A stretch of DNA of 32,477 nucleotides from a virus (taxonomy: Duplodnaviria > Caudoviricetes), in IMG/VR virus record IMGVR_UViG_3300037462_000130, positions 1 to 32,477 of that record; one strand, written 5' to 3'. How positions within the stretch are numbered: the stretch's first letter is position 1; each line of letters opens with the position of its first letter. The notes under the pieces were generated by a model that saw nothing but the letters and a program-made list of their open reading frames with translations, searched no databases and had not been told where the DNA came from. A program made the translations under genes and the position numbers. Positions 23,232 through 32,400 of the stretch are shown piece by piece.

Positions 23232-23560
23232 AAGCCTTATTCGACTTAATGCCAAATCGACTACACGTCATGCGAACCTGCGTTGATTTATTCCGCTTAC
23301 AGGGTAAGCACACTGAAGCCAACCAGATCAACGCATTACGCGTGCTTATCATTGACCACGGATTTGCAGAGATCAGTGACGGTGAATACGTTTACCAACT
23401 CTTAGCTTTGACTAAATACAAGAGTTTTGAGCCTTGCTGTGGTGCTCACCTTATTGATAAGCATTGGTATTACTCTGACGGTTTATGTAACTATCCTGAC
23501 GTTACTAGTGTCTTGAATACCCTTTACCACGGTCCACTGGATTTATTCGAGGAGATCTAA
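23207..23560 (+). CDS. Hypothetical protein, distant array member
   Basis: Helical hairpin PNRLHVMRTCVDLFRLQGKHTEANQI followed by YQLLALTK motif. Confidence 0.7.
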   Translation: MDTNEAVMKALFDLMPNRLHVMRTCVDLFRLQGKHTEANQINALRVLIIDHGFAEISDGEYVYQLLALTKYKSFEPCCGAHLIDKHWYYSDGLCNYPDVTSVLNTLYHGPLDLFEEI

Positions 23561-23790
23561 TGTGGCCTTCAATTAGCCCTCTGTAGTTGGCTTGAGAATG
23601 AGACAGCTGAAGATATCATCAAACAATTTGAAGCTCTTTACACCCTAACCACCAATTGAAAACCTAGTGTGTACTAACTAAAGTTACGGCACAGTGAACG
23701 TGCCTGAGATTATCGGTAATCATGTCCGATGCTGGTGAGGAAATGCAAACACTGACACATAACAGCCCATTAAATCTGTTTATGGAGGTT
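23560..23790 (+). pseudogene. Probable decayed array member
   Basis: TAATG-coupled start gives MWPSISPL-stop. An adjacent frame gives LCSWLENETAEDIIKQFEALYTL, resembling the array helix, followed by further stops. Confidence 0.4.
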
Positions 23791-23792
23791 CC

Positions 23793-24341
23793 ATGCTCTT
23801 AACTTTAATTAACGGCGGTGTCACAACAATTGATGATCAGTCATTTGTCTACAACCTTCACACACTGACGAAGAGTCCCAGTGAAGGTCACCCGGCAAGT
23901 GTAGTCCGCGTTGGATCGCAGTGGACTACCACTAAGTTTGAACTGAAACAGCCAACAATCGACCTCTTAGATGCCGTGTATCGGCAACGTGACTTTTATT
24001 TCACACCGATTGCAGGCGATCAATTCTTTAAGAAGATGATTATCGGGCGTCCTTACATGCTAAAGGCGTACTACAAATACTTAAAAGCTAACGGTCGTGA
24101 ACACCGCGGTTACCGTGCCCTTTACATGTTGTTGGAAGGCTACGGACTTGATAGTGTTACTTTGGTTGCGAGTGGCACACGATTTCGTTATTACTTCTCA
24201 ACTTTAACTAAAGTAGTCGCAAAAACTGTGACCTATGAGCCTGTGTGGGACAAAGAGTGGGATATTGACAACGAGAAAGTCACGATACTACTAGACGCCC
24301 TATTCTTCAAACATCCTATTACTTGGAAGGACCAATCATGA
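23793..24341 (+). CDS. Array protein (YDLxTLxK modules plus helical module)
   Basis: GGAGG RBS; YNLHTLTK, GRPYMLKAYYKYLKANG, YYFSTLTK, LFFKHPITW; paralog of the next gene. Confidence 0.8.
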   Translation: MLLTLINGGVTTIDDQSFVYNLHTLTKSPSEGHPASVVRVGSQWTTTKFELKQPTIDLLDAVYRQRDFYFTPIAGDQFFKKMIIGRPYMLKAYYKYLKANGREHRGYRALYMLLEGYGLDSVTLVASGTRFRYYFSTLTKVVAKTVTYEPVWDKEWDIDNEKVTILLDALFFKHPITWKDQS

Positions 24342-25123
24342 TTTCTGAATTGCTGTCTCTTGGAATCACCGTAATCTGTGACCAGAATACAGCGTATGAT
24401 CTACGGACGCTATCTAAGTGTCGCTTAGACAAAGGCTCTTATGATGCCACTTTGATCGGTAACACTTGGTGGTGTGATGAATATAAGTTACCGCATAACA
24501 TGCAAGACAAACTCAATGAAGTGTATACCAAACGTGATGCAATCTTCATGACAGTTGAGGATCGCATCAAGAAATTGATTAGTAAAGGAATTCGACGCTT
24601 CAGTGACTCAACCGCAACATACGACTTAACCACCCGCTTCAAAGAACCAGTGACACCGAAGCAATCGGATGTCTCGAAAGTCGATGACCAGTGGGTATCA
24701 ACTAAAATTACATTAGATAAAGAAGACGCAACAAATTTGAGCGTTGTGTACAACAATCAGTTAGAGTTGTTCTCTGTCTTCAACCCTCATGTGTTCTTTG
24801 AGAAGATGTTACCTGGTCGACCATACATGATTAAGGCGTATTGTAAGTACCTTAACCAATGCGGTCACACCTATGAAGGCTATCAGTCACTCTATAGGTT
24901 ACTTGAGTTAATGTGTGTGAGTAGCGTAACTGTCATTAAAGATGGTAAACGCACGCGGTACAACCTCTTACTTTTAATCAAAGAGGGTAGTTCAGACTCA
25001 CGTTTTGAGCCAATTTGGTGTGATGGACAGTGGGTCAACCCCAACGGTGATTTGTTAAGCCCACTGACCACCAAAGACTTAGATATACTCTTCTTCAAAC
25101 ACCCTATTGCGTGGGGAGACTAA
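24338..25123 (+). CDS. Array protein with duplicated N-terminal module
   Basis: YDLRTLSK and YDLTTRFK repeats, GRPYMIKAYCKYLNQCG, LFFKHPIAW; ATGA overlap at 24338. Confidence 0.8.
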   Translation: MISELLSLGITVICDQNTAYDLRTLSKCRLDKGSYDATLIGNTWWCDEYKLPHNMQDKLNEVYTKRDAIFMTVEDRIKKLISKGIRRFSDSTATYDLTTRFKEPVTPKQSDVSKVDDQWVSTKITLDKEDATNLSVVYNNQLELFSVFNPHVFFEKMLPGRPYMIKAYCKYLNQCGHTYEGYQSLYRLLELMCVSSVTVIKDGKRTRYNLLLLIKEGSSDSRFEPIWCDGQWVNPNGDLLSPLTTKDLDILFFKHPIAWGD

Positions 25124-27870
25124 TCCCACTCTGAACCCCATTCATCAGTCGGGGGTTCCTCATCTTCAGGTGGTGGCGGTCCTGGATCATTAGCCGGTCC
25201 TGTTCCACCGCCACTTCCAAATGGAACAACATTCCCATCTTTCTTCTTACCCCACACAGGCACTTGGAAGACGTATTCATACGTTGACCAAGTGTCTCCT
25301 TCAAAATCACCTTGACTTTCCACAATATTCTGCATCAACATGATCGGATAGCCTTGTGGAACCTCATCATCTTCATGCAATTTAAGTAACCGCGCCTTAA
25401 CATTAGTTGGTTCTTTATTCAATCCACCAAAATATGCAGCTACAATGTAGAGTAAACCTGTATCTCGAGCGACAACAAAGCCTGGGTACACCCCTGCCGT
25501 CAAATTGAAGTTTTCAGGAACAGGTGGCAGTTTAATCTTATGTTGCCTATCAACATTGATATCTTCTGGCATGTTAGGCGGTGATTCAATTTCTTCTGAG
25601 TCAATGGCTTCTACAGTTTCATAGCTGATGAAGTCATTCGGAACTGTCACAGGTTGAGAGCCGCCCCAAGTCCAATTAGACGGTGTCCCATAAGTTAAAC
25701 CCGATCCTGGATTCAAGTCACCTGCCACTGGATTCGACCCTGAACCATTCCAGTAATTGTTGCCAGTTGATTGTTCATCTGGTAGCGGCAAAATAACTAA
25801 AGTTGAGTCCGGATACGCTCCAGCAAATACACCCATTTCACCAATTCGCACAGGACACCAAACCGTAAATTGTAATTCTGTATCTTCGTGTGTACAACTC
25901 TCAACTAATCCTGAGAATGGGACATTAGCAATTTCAGGTAGATTGACCGTAATATTGTCATTGGTTTCAATCTTAAGTTTGGTTAAAGGTGTGCGGAATG
26001 TGATTTTCTTATAGACTTCACAAGTTCGTAAAAGCCAAAACATTGCTGCTGCGTGGATTGGTGCGGGATCGGTATAGCAATAGTAATCTACAACAGCTTC
26101 TTTTAACCCGTATTTCGGGATGTTACGTCGAAACACCAATTGGTATTGTTCAACACTGTAATCCGGACGCCATAAAGCAGTGTATTTTGTTGTGACTGAT
26201 TCACTAGGTGTTGTAGACATAACTAAAGTTTTATAAAGGATATCATCTTGTGTTATATTATCAATATCTGTACCTTGATCTGGTAAGTATTTTAAGAAGA
26301 AACGATTGTTCTTTAAGTAAACCAGGCATCGAGATTGATAAGCGATATCTTTAATTAGATTTAAGACATTAGGCCGAGTGGTTAAGGCAAAGTTACAATT
26401 ATATGGAATTTTAGAGCGTGTTGAAGTAAAAGAGGCTGTATCAATTCCCTTATTCGTATAAGTTTGAATTAACCAAGTGATGATATCGACTGGGTGTGTC
26501 GGGTAAGATGAAGTTATGTCTGCTGAGATTTCATCTGACCAACCTTGTTGATCGTAAGAGGACAGAGGTTTTGTGAAGACAACAAATGTAGCTGGTAGTG
26601 GTCCAAAGTTAATGTGTTGAACTGTGTAATATGTTTTCGGGATTAGTGTTGGTAGGATTGTGTTATCAATATTTCGATTTGAGTAAAGAGCTGTTATGTT
26701 CAAGTGTCCCATACCGACCAGGTATCGCGTTGGGTGTTCAGCTAAAGTTACACGGGTTCCAGGTTCTGAGTAGAAGAATCGTTGAAGTTGTGTTTGTGTC
26801 TCATATGTTGTAGATACATTGTCATCTAAGACATTGACTGGACCCGACAATGGAATGATTTTCTTTGTGTCTAGTGGGTTATCACTCGATATGATATTGA
26901 AGATGTTGCCAGACATCGTACCAGTGTACTTAACCCCATTGACACCGATACCAATTACTGTATTTTGTGGGTATTTCTGACCCCCTAAAACACGAACTGT
27001 AGTTTTAGTTGCTAGGTTCTGATAGGCGTTGGATATGAGTGTGTTGTATTCACTAAGAAGTTGCTGGTACTTGAATAGATAGTCATTTGCAAGATCTTGG
27101 AATCGCAAACCTTCAGATCGTTGTTTCTCAGCTAATTGGTAGTATGGGTCGGAATCTGAGACAGCAACACTAAAGTTGACATCTGATGAGACTAACAACC
27201 CACCAGCAACTGAGAAGAGATTCAAACCATAATCCCGACACTCTTGCATTGACTTCAACAAGTCATTTAACTTTTGTGTGTCATTGTCAGTTTGACGTGC
27301 AATTCCTTCTGCTGTTACAGCTTGCGGGATAGCACTAATTAAAGTTAGAGGTAGGCGTTTAACCGAACCAAAAATCAATGGCCAGGCCTTACCTACCAGT
27401 GACGGTGGAACGTAATTAAAGGCCCCTTCTTCTGCTGAGAATCCCACTTCTCGATCTTCAACTTGAGTTACCACATTAAAAGATAATGTTTGTTCACCTT
27501 CATTCCAAGTAAGTGGCCCTTGGATGTTACCTTCAAATAACACGAAGGTGTTTGGTAACTCAACATCTCGATACCACTGGAAGACAGCCGCAGGCATGTT
27601 ATGCACATCGCGACTATCAATGATTTGCTTTAACGATCCATCGTAGTCAGACAACGTCACACTGATACTTGTTGAGGAACTACTACCAGCGACGTTAGCC
27701 ACGTTCTCTAGCCCTGTTAAGGCTAGAATACGTGGCTCAACGCCCGGAGCTTCCTGCGTGGCATAAGTATGTTGTGTGACCCCATTCCATTGAACAGCTA
27801 AAATTAGAATGGGTTCTGCCCCACAAGCCCGTGCAACTTGTGTGGCAGCGACAGCATTTATGTCTCTCAC
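25120..27870 (-). CDS. Large tail protein (tail tip/hub-like)
   Basis: 916 aa, beta-rich, downstream of the tape measure gene; GKAWPLIFGSV resembles tail-tip motifs; Pro/acidic C-terminal tail. Confidence 0.7.
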   Translation of the reverse strand: MRDINAVAATQVARACGAEPILILAVQWNGVTQHTYATQEAPGVEPRILALTGLENVANVAGSSSSTSISVTLSDYDGSLKQIIDSRDVHNMPAAVFQWYRDVELPNTFVLFEGNIQGPLTWNEGEQTLSFNVVTQVEDREVGFSAEEGAFNYVPPSLVGKAWPLIFGSVKRLPLTLISAIPQAVTAEGIARQTDNDTQKLNDLLKSMQECRDYGLNLFSVAGGLLVSSDVNFSVAVSDSDPYYQLAEKQRSEGLRFQDLANDYLFKYQQLLSEYNTLISNAYQNLATKTTVRVLGGQKYPQNTVIGIGVNGVKYTGTMSGNIFNIISSDNPLDTKKIIPLSGPVNVLDDNVSTTYETQTQLQRFFYSEPGTRVTLAEHPTRYLVGMGHLNITALYSNRNIDNTILPTLIPKTYYTVQHINFGPLPATFVVFTKPLSSYDQQGWSDEISADITSSYPTHPVDIITWLIQTYTNKGIDTASFTSTRSKIPYNCNFALTTRPNVLNLIKDIAYQSRCLVYLKNNRFFLKYLPDQGTDIDNITQDDILYKTLVMSTTPSESVTTKYTALWRPDYSVEQYQLVFRRNIPKYGLKEAVVDYYCYTDPAPIHAAAMFWLLRTCEVYKKITFRTPLTKLKIETNDNITVNLPEIANVPFSGLVESCTHEDTELQFTVWCPVRIGEMGVFAGAYPDSTLVILPLPDEQSTGNNYWNGSGSNPVAGDLNPGSGLTYGTPSNWTWGGSQPVTVPNDFISYETVEAIDSEEIESPPNMPEDINVDRQHKIKLPPVPENFNLTAGVYPGFVVARDTGLLYIVAAYFGGLNKEPTNVKARLLKLHEDDEVPQGYPIMLMQNIVESQGDFEGDTWSTYEYVFQVPVWGKKKDGNVVPFGSGGGTGPANDPGPPPPEDEEPPTDEWGSEWD

Positions 27871-28706
27871 AACGGGACTTCCATGTTTAAGGTGATTGTA
27901 AAATGTTGGCGTTTTTCTTGAATGATGTCAGTGTCCGGGTTTGAGATAACCCCTGTAATGGTTTCTCCCCGGAATGACGTATACGTAACACATTGACCTA
28001 CTGAGAACGTCAAGAAGTACTGCAACAACGTAATCTGTTCTAACTTAAGCCAAGAATACGTCATTGTAATACGTCGCGTCTTAGGCCAATAGGACTTGCG
28101 TATATTCTCTAACTTGTTGCCTTGAGTCCGGCGGACAACCCGAGACAACTCAATTGAGTCTGTATCGCCGAATTCTGGTGATGGTAGGTTGACAGTTAAC
28201 CCACCCCAAGATAGAGAGCTTGACCCTGATGTGAATAGTGTTGTCAGTGCTGTGAATTGTGGGTCTAGTTTGTAGTAAGTAACGCTACTGTTCAGTGCAA
28301 TTGTTTGATTTACTTTAGGGTCACGTTGATACGATGCAAATGAGACAATTGTGATTTTATTTTTGTTGGGTTTAGTTATTGTGTACGTTGGATTTTGAGT
28401 GATAGTTAATTGTTGGTTTTGATATGGGGGCCGATTAGACAGAAACTGTTGAAGGATTAAGGGTGTAGAGGTACTTACCTTTGACCCTTTCAACAGTGAC
28501 TGTGTAATTGGTAATGTATGTGTAATCCCACGTTCACCATCTACAGACCAGGTCAATGTTTGCGTGAGAGGAATGCGACTAGCTACACTGCTCTTTATCA
28601 AGTTGTTTCGAGCAACTTGAGTTAAGCGTAGATTTGTAGTTGTTGTTCGACTGCGAAAAGGTGTGCTCGCAGTCTGACCGATATTTATTAGGTGGATTGC
28701 GAGCAT
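27867..28706 (-). CDS. Tail-associated protein (possible distal tail protein)
   Basis: 279 aa, Thr-rich; C-half LPSPEFGD...RRITMTYSWL; located in the tail module. Confidence 0.55.
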   Translation of the reverse strand: MLAIHLINIGQTASTPFRSRTTTTNLRLTQVARNNLIKSSVASRIPLTQTLTWSVDGERGITHTLPITQSLLKGSKVSTSTPLILQQFLSNRPPYQNQQLTITQNPTYTITKPNKNKITIVSFASYQRDPKVNQTIALNSSVTYYKLDPQFTALTTLFTSGSSSLSWGGLTVNLPSPEFGDTDSIELSRVVRRTQGNKLENIRKSYWPKTRRITMTYSWLKLEQITLLQYFLTFSVGQCVTYTSFRGETITGVISNPDTDIIQEKRQHFTITLNMEVPL

Positions 28707-28747
28707 GGTATCCTACAGGGAAAGTACACGTTTACAGAAGTATCTGT

Positions 28748-29248
28748 TTACAGAGACACAGTGTAAGTAGCCCGGAATGAATCACCATTCACCACGTTTG
28801 CGTCACCCGTTGACCACAATCCTGTCGCCCAAAGGCGTCCAGTCGTGCCACCCTTAGTGTCGTTGGTACACACGAACAGACCTTTAATGGTCCCGTTCGA
28901 TGTAATCGAGAAGGTGATAGGGGTACTGTTAGTGATAGACTGAGACGCTGCCGCTCCTGGTCCCCAAGCCTGACGCGTAGTCTCAGAATAACCAGTGAAC
29001 TCAGTCCAACCAGCGTGAGACGCCATCGTATCAGCGGCAGCTAAAGCTGAATAGCCAGAGCTTGAAATCAAGCCGACATACCAGCCAGTAGAAGCGACTT
29101 GTGTCCCATCAGAGAACATAATATCGAGAAGGTCATTCTTACCTTGATTCACGATATCGTTGTGGAACTCATACACACCCTTGACGTTACCTTCACTATC
29201 AAGGTGTTCGATTTTCCACATACCCTTCAGATTAGCCTTGCTTTGCAT
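28748..29248 (-). CDS. Virion structural/tail protein
   Basis: HNDIVNQGKNDLLD, WYVGLI, AADTMASHAGWTEFTGY and VVNGDSFRATYTV are typical of small phage tail proteins; GAGG RBS. Confidence 0.65.
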   Translation of the reverse strand: MQSKANLKGMWKIEHLDSEGNVKGVYEFHNDIVNQGKNDLLDIMFSDGTQVASTGWYVGLISSSGYSALAAADTMASHAGWTEFTGYSETTRQAWGPGAAASQSITNSTPITFSITSNGTIKGLFVCTNDTKGGTTGRLWATGLWSTGDANVVNGDSFRATYTVSL

Positions 29249-29420
29249 TTTTCACTACCTCACAGGACGCCGTTTGATGAATTTGTAATGATGGGAACCG
29301 GATTGTAACTTCGGTGTCTGACACAACTAAAGTGAAAGGCACCGTAGGATATTTTGTTGACAGGAAATCAGCTAGGTCACAGACTAACTGTTCCACGTCG
29401 CAACTCGCGTTTGAGTCCAT
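29232..29420 (-). CDS. Small hypothetical protein
   Basis: Open frame filling the gap between the tape measure stop and the next gene; start uncertain (29420 or 29396). Confidence 0.4.
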   Translation of the reverse strand: MDSNASCDVEQLVCDLADFLSTKYPTVPFTLVVSDTEVTIRFPSLQIHQTASCEVVKNAKQG

Positions 29421-32400
29421 CGATGATCTCACGGACTGTTTGCTGTGATGAATCTCCGCCATTGATAGTGACGTTGATATCACCGAAATTAGTATCACCA
29501 CCTAGTGACATTGGTTTACCTTCTGGTTGTACCTTCAATGAATTCTGTAACCGATCTAAATCATCCTTCTGTAACTTAAACTGTTTATTGATTTCATCAA
29601 TGTTACTCTTAAAGACTTTCAAGGGGACATCTGTGTTGTTTAGTGTCTCACTAATTGTTTTTGTTGTCAGCTTAAGGTCAGGGAACTGCTCTTTTAATGT
29701 GTCTTGTGCTTCTTTCAACTTCTGTGGTGCATCTTGAGCGTCCATTTTGTATTGTTCTTGTTGTGTAATTGACTTTCTCGCATCTAAAACTTGTTGAACT
29801 AAAGCCTCAAAACCAGCTTGAAGTGTTGGTTTACTCAAATTCATCCCAGGTGGCACATTTGACATATCATAGGGTAGCGGTATATCTGAAATCTTATCTC
29901 GTACAGCATAGCCACTCATTTCACCAATCTTATTTAGCACTTTTACAGCGTCACGGTCAGTTCTAATGTTTCGAATTTCTTCACTCAGTGTCTTGAACCA
30001 TTCTTTCTGTAACTCTAATGCTTTATCCTGTTTTTGTTTTGCTTGTTTAGCTGCAGTAAGTTTAGCAGCAGTTTCAGCGTCGGGGGCACCAGCCAACCCT
30101 AAAAACCCAGTAACCTTTTGTCCTGTTGTAGATTGCTGTAAACTGGCCTGTGATTGTAAGAACTGAGCCGTTTTAGAGGCCTTATCCAGTTTCCCACCTT
30201 CACCGTACACTACTTTATCCAGTTCTTTGATTTTACTGTTTAGACCGGCATAGGTGTTTTCAAGAAGTTGCAAGTCAGTGATTGTTCGTTGTTGTGCTGC
30301 TTTATTCTTGTCAAAGTCTTCTGCTGCGTCAACTGTCTTCAACATAGCCTTGCGATACAAATCAACAGCGGCATCAAATTCTTTAGCTTTCTCTTTCGGA
30401 AGTGTAGCCCGAAGTTTAGTGACATCAGCATTAAAGTCGTCCAAGAATTTCTTAATGTCCACTTTACCATCACGTTGTCGGTATTTCGGGAAAATCTCAC
30501 CACCTTGATCCCAAATCTTCAATTTATCGAGAGCATCAACTTGTTGTTTGTTAGCATTTAACTTTTGTTTTTCTGACTCAGCCAAGTCATTATTAGTTTT
30601 AATTTGTTTGCGACGCAGTTCTGTGATTTCTTTTTCTGTTTCCGTACTATATTGTCTCAGCCGATCCAACGCTGGAACAAGGTCATCATTGGGACTGGCA
30701 AGAACTTCCTTGCGTGTAACACCGTCATCGAATCGGCGATATCGCGAACGATAATCCCCAAACTTGCCAGGAAAACGCTGACCTGACTTTTCTTCAGCCG
30801 TAGCTTGGTCAAGTCGGTATTTCGCCCGTAGATCTGCCCGTTCAGATTCCAATTCAAGGATTTCCTTCAATGTGTTTTGCATTGCTTCATAGGCTTCTTT
30901 TGATCGAAGTAAAATTTCATCACGTCGTTGTAGTGCAGCGGGATCTCCTGACAACACACCACTTTCAATAGATTTCAATTCCTTCTCTGTGTCTAATACA
31001 ATACGCTTGTTAGCGTCAGCTTGTTTGTACTTGTTTGCAATTTCATTTTCTAGAATTGGCATTTGTTGGTCATTCCACCACTCTTTACCGCCGTGTTTCT
31101 TCTTAAAGTTTAGGATAGCCTTGTCAATTGAGGTGTTAAGGTTAGTTATAAACCGCTCACCTTGCTTGATATTACTCTTGGCATCATTCATCGCGTTACG
31201 AAACATTTCAATGCCAGTATTCATTCGATCAGTATATGTCTTAAAGATTACTGAGAGTGAATCAAAAGATTCTTCAGCCGACTTACGGAACCCATCTAAC
31301 TCTTTTTGACCTTGTTTATTAACATTAGCAAACATCGTTAATAATTGTACACCAATGCTCTTGTAAGAATCTGGGATAGTTCGGTCAACTTCTGCTTGCG
31401 GTTTAATTGTTGTTTTCAAGATTGAGAGAAATGCATCACGTTTGTTTTCATCTGTCAACTTATCCATGCTTTGAGTGGTTTGATCGAGAATTTCACGGAA
31501 GGCAGAAAACGCAATCACTGCGGTTGCGGCCCACGGGATAAATCGACCAAGACCAGACAATAGACCTGCTTTCGCTTTAGCGTTAGCCGCTGTTGCCGCT
31601 GTATTGGCAAGCGTTTGTGAAGTGCTTTGCGCTGTAGCCGCAGTGTTAGTACCTATTGCACCTGTATTAGTTGTTGTTGCAGCTGTGTTACGTATTTTGA
31701 TTTGCGTAAGGTAAGTTAAAGCCACCGCAGCGACTTTATACGTACCATGCAATGCAGCTACAGCACCAGCTAAAGTTACAAAGATAGCTGTATTTGCACC
31801 AACACGACCTAAGAAGCTAAAGAATGTCTTCGTCGTTAAGCCCATAGCTTCCATTACACTGATGTAATTAGCAGCAGCAGCCAACATCTGATCACCGAAT
31901 TGTAATGTAAAAGCATTACGAATACGATTCATTTCCTTGATTACTTTATCGGCAGCAGGCTCAGCTCGAATGAGTTTGGCTAGGTCATATTCAGAACTAC
32001 TTGCTTTAATTGCATCCAAGTCTTTCTTGAATTCAGCAAATAGTGATGTAGTTGTAAGTTGAGCACCCCGGAATGATCGGATTTCATTGAATAGTTTGGA
32101 AAGTTCCTCTGTAGACCCTTCTGTTGTTTCTTCTAATTTCTTCAAAACACCTTCAAAGCCAAATGTTGCAATAGCAGCTTGTCCTGTTGGTGTACCCCAA
32201 GATTCAAGCAAATCTTTCATCTTGTCTGTAGGTTTAGCCAATTTAATCATAACATTAGTTAAAAGTGTCATTGCATCTGAAGGCTTCGTACCTTGTCGAG
32301 TCAGCGTAGAAATTGCTGCGTTAGCTTCTTCAATCGAGACCCCTAAAGCCGATGCCATTGGGGCAATGCGACCAAAGGTATTTGAAAGGTCAGCCGCTTT

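Noticed and set aside
18192-23790. Stop-codon reassignment as the cause of broken genes
   Set aside because: The breaks are frame changes, not in-frame stops, and core genes are intact in code 11 with TAA, TGA and TAG all used as stops.
16238-25098. Minus-strand ORFs over the right arm (e.g. 16238..16648, 24439..24756)
   Set aside because: Antisense shadows of a tightly packed plus-strand operon.
25757-31309. Plus-strand ORFs in the tail module
   Set aside because: Antisense to the tape measure and tail genes, with no independent evidence.
31590-31710. Low-complexity Thr/Ala/Asn repeats (NTAAT)
   Set aside because: Ordinary tape measure protein composition, not a separate element.
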